A stretch of DNA of 34,271 nucleotides from Nitrospinota bacterium (GTDB lineage: Bacteria > UBA8248), in assembly GCA_046581755.1 (NCBI GenBank), contig JAYGFR010000203.1, forward strand, positions 1 to 34,271, written 5' to 3'. Below the pieces are notes generated by a model, which did not search any database, was not told the DNA's origin, and saw nothing but the letters and a program-made list of their open reading frames with translations. Made by a program: the position numbers and the translations under genes. Position 1 is the first letter of the stretch. Every line of letters begins with the position of its first letter. Positions 18,790-26,523 of the stretch are shown here, one piece after another.

Positions 18790-18861
18790 GAAAATTCCTC
18801 CTGGGCCGGCAGAGATTCCGGCGCTCTTTGGTGAACAACAGACTATGATTCGGGGGACTTC

Positions 18862-18880
18862 TGGTCCGACGGTCTGACCA
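18862..18880. promoter_or_regulatory. Probable FadR-subfamily operator TGGTCCGACGGTCTGACCA
   Basis: 16 of 19 positions are palindromic and it contains GGTC-x-GACCA, matching the TGGT-N3-ACCA sites of PdhR/LldR/GlcC-type regulators. It lies just downstream of a minus-strand TTGACA (18902-18907) and TAGTAT (18881-18886), although that spacer is only 15 nt. Confidence 0.72.
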
Positions 18881-19012
18881 ATACTATGGATGGCTCCTGG
18901 GTGTCAACAAATCGGCCCCCGTTTTTGGAGAAAATTCAGGATCGGCGCCCATGAAACGGCCCTCCCCCAGCATCGGCCAGTATCAGGTGGACTTGGATGC
19001 CATTCTCCGAAT

Positions 19013-19055
19013 CGGCCCCCCGCCGTTGATGAACAACGGCGGGGGGCCGTATAAT
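19013..19055 (+). promoter_or_regulatory. Sigma70-like promoter TTGATG-18-TATAAT embedded in a perfect 16-bp inverted repeat
   Basis: IR arms 19013-19028 (CGGCCCCCCGCCGTTG) and 19034-19049; TATAAT at 19050-19055. Confidence 0.6.
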
Positions 19056-19105
19056 GGCCTAAGGGGTTGATTTTCTACCTCTCCACTGCCGAAGGATTCG
19101 ATTTG

Positions 19106-19955
19106 ATGCCAATGCCGAGCCTCTCAGCCCACCTTTTCGCGCAGGAACCGCTGACTTTCGGCCACTTCCAGGCGGTGGCCGAGGCCGGATTCGGCCAGGT
19201 AGAACTCTGGGCCATGAAGCCGAACCTGGACTGCGGAGATCCTGCCGCAATGTCCCGGCTGAAGAGGTGGCTGGCGGATCTTTCCCTTGAGGCCCCGAGC
19301 TTCCACGCACCCTTTTACACCCACCTGGACAGGGCCCGGACCGGAAATTGGCTCTCCCTCGCCCACTCCGAGCCCGAGCAGCGGCTCGAGGCCATCAACG
19401 AGATCCAGGCCTCCCTCATCGCCATGGCGAATCTGGATGCGCGAATTGCGGTGCTCCATCCCTCGGCCCCGGGTTCGGCCGGCGAAGGCGACACCGCCGA
19501 CGGATTCATGCAGAGCATCGAGCGGCTGATTCCCATCGCCGAGCACCTGAACCTGACCTTGGCGGTCGAGAACATCCCCGCACCCCTGGGAGGGGCGGAG
19601 CAGATCGGAGCGCTCATCGAGCGAATCGGCCATCCGTGCGTGAGGGCCTGCCTCGATTCGGGACACGCCTTCCTCACCGAAGGAGAGGCCGCCCCCCGAA
19701 GCCTTCCGGCGGCTTGCGCCCCTGGCCGCCGCCACCCACTTGCACGACAACGACGGGGAGAGCGACGGGCATTTGATCCCGGGTGAGGGCCAGGTTCCCT
19801 TCCCGGCGCTCTGGCGGGCGCTCGATGAGACCGGCTACGAGGGTCCGCTCACGTTCGAGTTGCGCCCCCGCGAGAACAGCGATTACGCCTTCCATCTGAA
19901 CGAGTTGGCACAGGCCGCGCCCCTGGCGGCCGCCGGTCTGGGAAATTCCTCATGA
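19106..19955 (+). pseudogene. Sugar phosphate isomerase/epimerase (xylose isomerase-like/AP-endonuclease-2 TIM barrel) with one extra C in a C6 run (19692-19697)
   Basis: FHAPF, LAVEN and CLDSGHA lie in one frame. Removing one C gives AAPEAFRRLAPLAAATHLHDNDGESDGHLIPGEG...LTFE, restoring the remaining metal-binding motifs. Confidence 0.85.
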
Positions 19956-20989
19956 CGGATCGCCTCCCCAGCGAAGCGGCCGCGTGCCTGAACCGCCTGG
20001 CGGAAGATCGGTTCGGGGTCCCCGCCGCGGAAATCTCTCCGCTCGCGGGAGACGCTTCGGATCGCACCTATGTCCGTCTTTATCATCCGGGCGGCGGCAC
20101 GCCCTCGTCCGTCGGGATGATTCTCGCCGCGCCCTTCGGCGACGGGGAGCTTCCCTTCGTGAACGTCCAAGCGCATTTCAGCGCCATCGGCGTTACCGTC
20201 CCCGAGATTTACGCCGCCGACCCCCGGGCCGGGGTTTTGCTTTTAGAGGACGGCGGCAGCCGCTCCCTCGAGGATGTGTGGAGCGCCGGAGGGTGGGAGG
20301 CCGCCCGGGCCTATTACGAGGAATCGATCGGAATCATCGCCTGCCTCCAAGCATCTCCCCGCAGCCGGGAGGGTGCCATCGCGCTCGATTACGGGTTCGA
20401 CACCGCGCTTTTTATGCGAGAGCTTCACATGACCCGCCGCTATGCCTTCGAGGAGCTGCTGGGCATGTCCGCGCCCGAGGCGGATTTCGCCACCCCGTTC
20501 GCCGCGCTGGCGGCGGAGCTCTGCGCCATGCCCTACGCTCTCACCCACCGCGACTTTCACAGCCGCAACCTCATGACCGGCGGCCCGGGAAAAGATTCCG
20601 GGCGGCTCCTCGTCCTCGATTTTCAGGACGCCCGGATGGGACCCCTAACCTACGACCTCGCCTCCCTGGTCTACGACAGCTATGTTTCCCTCCCGGAGGA
20701 GAACCGGCGGGCGCTGATCGAAAAATACTGGCAAGATTCGGACGCCCGGAACCGCTTTGCGAACAGGACGGCCTTTCGCCGCGCTCTGGCGCTGACGGCG
20801 CTCCAGCGGAATCTCAAGGCCATCGGGACGTTCGCCTATCAAAAAACGGGGCGGGGAAACCCGCGCTACATCCGTCATATTCCATCGGCGGCGGCTCATG
20901 CCCGCCGCCATTTGGCCGCGCTGTCCGGCCTGGAGAATTTCGCAGCAAGGCTAGAACCCTACATTTGCGCTATGGAGGAGGTAAATTAG
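19952..20989 (+). CDS. amgK: AmgK-like anomeric MurNAc/GlcNAc kinase (APH/phosphotransferase fold)
   Basis: LAGDASDRTYVR, LLLED, HRDFHSRNLM, LDFQDA, YDLASL and LQRNLKAIGTF motifs. Confidence 0.8.
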   Translation: MTDRLPSEAAACLNRLAEDRFGVPAAEISPLAGDASDRTYVRLYHPGGGTPSSVGMILAAPFGDGELPFVNVQAHFSAIGVTVPEIYAADPRAGVLLLEDGGSRSLEDVWSAGGWEAARAYYEESIGIIACLQASPRSREGAIALDYGFDTALFMRELHMTRRYAFEELLGMSAPEADFATPFAALAAELCAMPYALTHRDFHSRNLMTGGPGKDSGRLLVLDFQDARMGPLTYDLASLVYDSYVSLPEENRRALIEKYWQDSDARNRFANRTAFRRALALTALQRNLKAIGTFAYQKTGRGNPRYIRHIPSAAAHARRHLAALSGLENFAARLEPYICAMEEVN

Positions 20990-21000
20990 GAGATGGCTCA

Positions 21001-21585
21001 TTGAACGGATGGCCCTCTTTTCTATTCGATAAGATTGAACTCGGCCTGTACGATTTTATGTATCCGGGAAAAATTCCTCCTAACGAGGCTCGTATAGAGG
21101 CCGCCTACAGCATGCTGACCCCGGACTCGCCCGATCACAGCCTGATCCTGGAGGTGCAAGGGGAGCGTCTGTGCCGGGCTCGCTTCAAGCGGGGGGAGAC
21201 GTGCTTCATTGCGGTCCACGAGGGCAGCGTGGTCAGCTACATCTGGGGCTCGCGGGGCAAGGTGGGCGTCGATGAAATCTCGATGGCCGTCCAGACCGCG
21301 CCAAAAGAGATGTATCTCTACGATGCGTTCACGCTGGAGCCCTGGCGGGGAAACAACCTATACCCCGCCGTCCTCCAGCGGGCACTGGAATTCGGCAGGG
21401 ACCTGGGCTTGACGCGATCGACGATTTTCGTTGAGGCGCGCAACACCCCCTCCATCCGGGGCGTCACGAAGGGGGGGTTCACGCTGTTTCAGACGCTTCT
21501 TCTGAAAACTTTGCTCGGATTCGGCAAATCCAAGCTCTTGCCCCATCTCGAGGGTCACGCCCCGGCCGAATTCGTCCCCCTCTAG
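21001..21585 (+). CDS. GNAT family N-acetyltransferase
   Basis: YLYDAFTLEPWRGNNLY (motif A) and NTPSIRGVTKGGF (motif B). TTG 21001 lies 8 nt after AGGAG. This is the real 3' part of ORF 19984..21585. Confidence 0.82.
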   Translation: MNGWPSFLFDKIELGLYDFMYPGKIPPNEARIEAAYSMLTPDSPDHSLILEVQGERLCRARFKRGETCFIAVHEGSVVSYIWGSRGKVGVDEISMAVQTAPKEMYLYDAFTLEPWRGNNLYPAVLQRALEFGRDLGLTRSTIFVEARNTPSIRGVTKGGFTLFQTLLLKTLLGFGKSKLLPHLEGHAPAEFVPL

Positions 21586-21593
21586 CCCAGGGT

Positions 21594-21623
21594 TTGACGT
21601 CCCGGGCGGGGGACTTTTAATAT
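21594..21623 (+). promoter_or_regulatory. Possible internal promoter (TTGACG...TAATAT) overlapping a weak GTCCC/GGGAC-TTTT hairpin
   Basis: TTGACG at 21594-21599 and TAATAT at 21618-21623, in the only sizeable gap of the cluster. Confidence 0.4.
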
Positions 21624-21683
21624 CTTTGGATTTTCCGGCGGCACCGGGAATGCCGCCATCTTGCGCTTTTTCAAGGAGGGAAA

Positions 21684-22745
21684 ATGCCCCCCTCATGCTC
21701 CGCGCCTACTCCGTGCTACACGGTGGCGTCCGCATCCTACGGCGACGAGCCGCTTCGGGTGTGCGTATTCTCCAGCCCCGAAGACATCCTCCGGCTCGCG
21801 CCCGAGTGGCGCGCGCTCATGGAGGCGAGCAGCCACGCCCACCCCTTCTACGACCCCGCCTGGCACCATACCTGGTGGAAGCATCTGGGCTCGGGCGAGG
21901 TTCACATCTGCACGGTGGGCCCCGAGACCGGGCCGCCCATCGCCATCGCCCCCCTCACTCTCCGCGAGGACGGTGTAATGCGCTTCATCGGCGGCGAGGA
22001 CCTGACGGACTACCTCGATATCCTCGCCCGCGACGGAGCCCACGCCGAGGCCTGGCGGGCGCTGCTCGAATACCTGAACAGCCCGGAGGCCCCGCCGTGG
22101 AAAGAGTTGATCCTCCATGGCGTTCCCGCCGGATCGCCAACAGCCGAATTTTTCCGCGCCCCGGCGGGAGGCGCCACCGTAGAGCCGGAGGAGGTCTGCC
22201 CGGTGATTCCGCTTCCGGATTCCTGGGAGGCGTACACCGGTATGCTCGGCCAGCGCGAGGAGCGCGAAATGCGCCGAAAAATCCGCAAGGCGCAGATGGA
22301 GCCGGGCCTCGAAATTCACCGCACGCTCAACGAAAAAGACCTGGAAAACGACCTGGACGAATTTTTCCGCCTCCATGAATTGAGCCAGCCCCAAAAGGCA
22401 GAGTTTTGGAACTGCCCGCGCCGCGCCTTTTTCAGGGAGATGGCCAAGGAGATGCTCGCTCTTGGCTGGCTGGATCTGACCATCATGCGCGTAGACGGGC
22501 ATCCGGTCGCCGCGAATTTCGCTCTCGACTACGGAGACCGGATCTACCTGTACAACTCGGGCTTCGACCCCGGGGAGCGGGAGTTGAGCGCGGGCCTGGT
22601 TCTCCTTGCGCAAGACATCGAGCATGCCATCCAGGCCGGGCGGACCTCGTTCGACATGCTCCGGGGGAATGAACCCTACAAGTACCGCTACGCGGCCCAG
22701 GATGAACCCATCGTGCGGATTCGCCTCGCCCGGAAAGCCTCATGA
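21684..22745 (+). CDS. CelD/BcsL-like double-GNAT (Acetyltransf_6, FemAB-related fold) protein
   Basis: HPFYDPAWHHTWW, GGEDLTDYLD, LPDSWEAY, YLYNSGFDP and FDMLRGNEPYKYR motifs; AAGGAGG RBS. Confidence 0.87.
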   Translation: MPPSCSAPTPCYTVASASYGDEPLRVCVFSSPEDILRLAPEWRALMEASSHAHPFYDPAWHHTWWKHLGSGEVHICTVGPETGPPIAIAPLTLREDGVMRFIGGEDLTDYLDILARDGAHAEAWRALLEYLNSPEAPPWKELILHGVPAGSPTAEFFRAPAGGATVEPEEVCPVIPLPDSWEAYTGMLGQREEREMRRKIRKAQMEPGLEIHRTLNEKDLENDLDEFFRLHELSQPQKAEFWNCPRRAFFREMAKEMLALGWLDLTIMRVDGHPVAANFALDYGDRIYLYNSGFDPGERELSAGLVLLAQDIEHAIQAGRTSFDMLRGNEPYKYRYAAQDEPIVRIRLARKAS

Positions 22746-24055
22746 CCGCTCCCTCCCGGCTCCGCGCCGCGCTGCTCTCGATGCACACCGACCCGCTGGG
22801 ATCGTTGGGCGGGGATGTCTCGGGGGGCATGAACGTCTACATCCGGGAGACGGCGCGGGTCCTGCCCGCGCTCGGGGTGGAGGCGGACATATTCACACGG
22901 GCCTCGGATGACGGCTCTCCCTCCATCGCCAATCTGGCCCCTGGCGTGCGCCTCATCCGGATTCCGGCCGGCCCGAAAAATCCCCTCGAAAAAAACGAGC
23001 AGGCCTGCTTCACAGGCGAATTCGCCTCGGGCATCCACGCCTTCGCCGAATCCCAGGAGGGCGGGTACGACATCGTATCTTCCCATTACTGGCTATCCGC
23101 CCTGGCGGGGCAAGAACTCGCCGATGGGTGGGGTACGCCGCTCATCCACCGGTTTCACACCCTCGCGGCCCGGAAGAACGAATCGCTGCCGGTGGAGGCG
23201 GACCGGGAGACAGGAGATCGCGCTGCGGCCGAAATCCGGATTGCCCAACGGGCGGACGCTCTTATCGCCTCGACGGGCGCGGAGGCCGCCGATCTGGCGC
23301 ACACCCTGGGGGCGGACAAATCGAAGGTCCATATCATCCCCTGCGGCGTGGACCCGGGGAACTTCTCGCCCCTCCCTCGGACAGAGGCACGGGCAGCCCT
23401 CGGGTGGAGCGATGAGGAGCGGATTCTCCTCAACATCGGGAGGATCGAACCCGTAAAAGGGCTCGACAGGCTGGTCCGGGCAATCGCCACCATGAAAAAG
23501 AGCCGGCCCGGCTTCTCCATTGCCGCCGTTCATGTAGGGGGCGAGGTTCGCGCCAGCGCCCGGGCGGAAAATACCGGTTACCGGCCTGAAGATTTTTCCT
23601 CCTCCGTCCAGCGGGAAGAAGTCGCTCGAATCCTCGAAATCGCGGCCGAAGCGGGGGCCTCCGAAAACATCCGCTTCGAGGGGCCAAAATCCCAGGACGA
23701 CCTCCGCGTCTATTACTCCGCCGCGGATGCGCTGACCATCTCATCGCGCTACGAGACGTTCAGCCTCGTTGCACTCGAGGCGGCGGCCTGTGGCCTGCCT
23801 GCGGTGGCCTTTCGCACTGGGGGCCTTGCGGAAGCCATCGAGGCGGACCGGACCGGTCTGCTCGTCCCCGAGGGCGACATCGCAGCGTATGCCGCTGCGA
23901 CGCTGAAAATCACCGCCTCGCCAGACCTTCGAGATCGGCTGGGGACGCAGGCCCGGAGGCGGGCGCGTGCGTTTTCCTGGACGGAGACCGCATCGAAGGA
24001 AGCCGCCGTGTGGAAAAATCTGCTTCGCCGGAGCGTTCCCGCAGTTCCGGCCTGA
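22742..24055 (+). CDS. GT4 glycosyltransferase, MshA-like
   Basis: SMHTDPL...GGDVSGGMNVY, SHYWLS, FHTLA..KN, GRIEPVKG and ETFSLVALEA (Ex7E) motifs; ATGA overlap with the upstream gene. Confidence 0.88.
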   Translation: MTAPSRLRAALLSMHTDPLGSLGGDVSGGMNVYIRETARVLPALGVEADIFTRASDDGSPSIANLAPGVRLIRIPAGPKNPLEKNEQACFTGEFASGIHAFAESQEGGYDIVSSHYWLSALAGQELADGWGTPLIHRFHTLAARKNESLPVEADRETGDRAAAEIRIAQRADALIASTGAEAADLAHTLGADKSKVHIIPCGVDPGNFSPLPRTEARAALGWSDEERILLNIGRIEPVKGLDRLVRAIATMKKSRPGFSIAAVHVGGEVRASARAENTGYRPEDFSSSVQREEVARILEIAAEAGASENIRFEGPKSQDDLRVYYSAADALTISSRYETFSLVALEAAACGLPAVAFRTGGLAEAIEADRTGLLVPEGDIAAYAAATLKITASPDLRDRLGTQARRRARAFSWTETASKEAAVWKNLLRRSVPAVPA

Positions 24056-24073
24056 GAAAATGGAGAGAGCATT

Positions 24074-24760
24074 TTGATTCGATCCGAATTTAAAAACGTC
24101 CTCGTTTTCATGGCCCACCACGACGATGCCGAACTCGGCGCCGGCGGGAGCATCGCCCGCTGGGTGGAGAACGGCGCGGTCGTCCGCACCGTCATCTGCA
24201 CAAATGGAGACAAGGGAACGAAAAATAATATCCCACCCTACAAGCTCACCGAAACCCGCGAGAAAGAACAACTCGCTGCCTCCAAGGCGCTGGGCGTGAA
24301 AGAAACCCTGTTTTTGCGCCACCGGGACGGGGAACTTGAGGATACGCGGGCGTTCCGGAATCAGCTGGCCTTCATCATCCGCCATTTCAAGCCCGACACC
24401 TTGGTCGCGCACGACCCCTGGCTGCCCCATTACTCGCATCCCGATCATCAGGCGGTGGGCCACGCCGCGTTCAAGGGCGTCATTTACGCGAGAGACCATC
24501 ACTTTCTCCCCGAGCTGACCTACGCCGGAATCGAGGCGCATCATACGAATACGCTCATCTACACCCGATCCACCGAGCCGAACTATTTCATCGATATTTC
24601 CGGGACCATCCAGAAAAAAATCAGGGCCATCAAAGCCCATAAAAGCCAGATTCACAATCCGCGCTCAACCGAGAAGCGGGTCCGCATCCGCGCCGTAGAG
24701 GCCGGCCGCCTCGCCGGCCTCCCCATGGCCGAAACTTTCACCATCAAGCGGATGCGCTAG
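24074..24760 (+). CDS. PIG-L/LmbE family N-acetylglucosaminyl deacetylase (MshB/BshB-like)
   Basis: AHHDD (variant of AHPDD), TNGDKG, REKE, HPDH and AHKSQ motifs; TTG start with GGAG. Confidence 0.88.
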   Translation: MIRSEFKNVLVFMAHHDDAELGAGGSIARWVENGAVVRTVICTNGDKGTKNNIPPYKLTETREKEQLAASKALGVKETLFLRHRDGELEDTRAFRNQLAFIIRHFKPDTLVAHDPWLPHYSHPDHQAVGHAAFKGVIYARDHHFLPELTYAGIEAHHTNTLIYTRSTEPNYFIDISGTIQKKIRAIKAHKSQIHNPRSTEKRVRIRAVEAGRLAGLPMAETFTIKRMR

Positions 24761-24785
24761 ACCCACGCCGGAAGTGGGGGCCGGA

Positions 24786-25928
24786 ATGCCGTATTCCGAA
24801 TGGGCGCCGGAGGACCGGGCCGGCGCGCACATCATGGCCGGCTTCGAGGGGAACTCTCCGCCGCCGCCGCTGCTCGATCGAATCCGCAAGGGCCGGGTGG
24901 GCTGCGTGGTTCTTTTCACGCGCAACATCGAAAGCAGCGGGCAAACGCTCGAACTCACCCACTCCCTCCAGTGCGCCGCCGCCGAATCCCCCTACGCCGG
25001 GCCGCTGCTGATCGCCATCGACCAGGAGGGCGGCCGCGTGAGCCGGCTATCGGAGGATTTCACGCGCTTTCCCGCCGCCCGCGTATTCGGGCGGATCGGG
25101 GATCCGGAGCTCGTTTCGCGGTGCGCGCGCGCGTGTGCGGCCGAGCTCCGCGCCTCGGGCATCAACGCGAACTTCGCACCCGTCCTCGACATTCTGACCA
25201 ACCCGGACTGCGAGGTGATCGGCGACCGGGCCTATGGCGATGACGCGGAGCTCGTTTCCGCGATGGGCGCCGCCGCGATCCAGGGCCTCCAGGCGGGCGG
25301 GGTGGCCGCCTGGGCAAAGCATTTTCCGGGCATCGGGGACATGGCGCCCGACCCGCACGAAACGCTCCCTTCCTCCGGCCTTTCCCTCGGCGCCCTACGG
25401 GGGCGCGAACTCAAGCCCTTCCGCGCGGCCATGGACCCTCGAACGGGCGTGGCCGGCGTCATGGCGGCTCATGCCCTCTACGAGCAAATCGATCCCGCCC
25501 GCCCTGCGAGCCAATCGCCGTGTATCATGGAAGGATTGTTGCGGGACGAACTCGGCTACGGCGGAGTGGCCATCACGGACGACCTCGACATGGGCGCCAT
25601 CGATGAGCCCGCCGAGGGGGCGCTTTTGAGCCTGAGAGCGGGAGCGGACATCGCGCTCATCTGCCATTCGGAGGCGGCCCAGGAGCGGGCGCATGGAGAA
25701 ATTGTGCGCGCGATCCGCTACAAGGACATTCCGCCGGACGCCGAGGAACGCTCTCTCGGGCGGATCGGCAGCCTGAAGGCACGCTACGCCGGCCCCGGAC
25801 GCCCGTTTCCCGGGCCGGGGGGCACCGGAGTTCTCCAAGAGGAGAGAAAAAAAATCGTGGGATGTCCCGCCCACCGGGCGCTTCTGGATGAGGTCATGCG
25901 CCGGGCGGGAAATGAAGAGCGTTCGTGA
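24786..25928 (+). CDS. nagZ: Beta-N-acetylhexosaminidase, GH3
   Basis: LFTRNI, IAIDQEGGRVSR, NFAPVLD, KHFPGIG-x4-DPH and ITDDLDMGA motifs. Start is 24774 (GTG) or 24786 (ATG). Confidence 0.88.
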   Translation: MPYSEWAPEDRAGAHIMAGFEGNSPPPPLLDRIRKGRVGCVVLFTRNIESSGQTLELTHSLQCAAAESPYAGPLLIAIDQEGGRVSRLSEDFTRFPAARVFGRIGDPELVSRCARACAAELRASGINANFAPVLDILTNPDCEVIGDRAYGDDAELVSAMGAAAIQGLQAGGVAAWAKHFPGIGDMAPDPHETLPSSGLSLGALRGRELKPFRAAMDPRTGVAGVMAAHALYEQIDPARPASQSPCIMEGLLRDELGYGGVAITDDLDMGAIDEPAEGALLSLRAGADIALICHSEAAQERAHGEIVRAIRYKDIPPDAEERSLGRIGSLKARYAGPGRPFPGPGGTGVLQEERKKIVGCPAHRALLDEVMRRAGNEERS

Positions 25929-26127
25929 GAAACGGCTACCCGTCGCCATCTGCCATTTTTTGAATTTTGGCGGCTACGGCAGGGTACAATATTTATCCGA
26001 ATTGTTGTATTATCATTGCAACCAGTTGAAATCGAATATTTTCGAGGTCGTATTATTTTACTTAAAAGTGCGGCTGCCGTTGTTTCGAAACACGAAACGA
26101 TTTTTATAACCTCTGGCGGGTAAAAAG

Positions 26128-26511
26128 TTGGCGAATATCCTCGTTGCCGACAAAGATGAAACCATGCGGGAGCTGTTGGACGTCTCCCTGAGGCGGACCA
26201 ACCACGACGTCAAAATGGCCGACAACGGGGAAAAAACGCTCGACATGATCCGGGAGGAATCTTTCGACCTCGTCATTATCGACTATTCCCTGTCGGCCCT
26301 GGAAATTCTCCAGCGCCTCCGGGAAAACGACGACGAAATCCCTCATTTCATGATCTTGAGCGCAAAGAGCACCCCCGATTCCATCAGGGAATGCGTCGAG
26401 GCCGGGGCGAAGGATTACGTGGTGAAACCGTTCAACCTGCTGGTCCTGATCAAGCGGATCGAACTTCTTCTGCAGAAAGCCCAAAAAGGATTGTCCGGAA
26501 CCCAACCCTGA
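26128..26511 (+). CDS. Single-domain response regulator, atypical receiver
   Basis: ILVADKDE, DLVIIDY, MILSA and AGAKDYVVKPF motifs; lacks the usual MPxxxG loop after the phospho-acceptor Asp. Confidence 0.82.
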   Translation: MANILVADKDETMRELLDVSLRRTNHDVKMADNGEKTLDMIREESFDLVIIDYSLSALEILQRLRENDDEIPHFMILSAKSTPDSIRECVEAGAKDYVVKPFNLLVLIKRIELLLQKAQKGLSGTQP

Positions 26512-26523
26512 CGGCGGCCCCGG

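Noticed and set aside
16600..18834. 744-aa plus-strand ORF
   Set aside because: Antisense to the M24 and GntR genes, which carry clear family motifs and RBSs.
19984..21000. Arg-rich N-terminal extension of the 533-aa ORF 19984..21585
   Set aside because: Out-of-frame overlap with the amgK-like gene; the real GNAT begins at TTG 21001 after an AGGAG.
22742..24760. Assigning the gene symbols mshA and mshB
   Set aside because: Motifs are similar but diverged (HTDPL, AHHDD) and mshC is absent from the window, so orthology and product are unproven.
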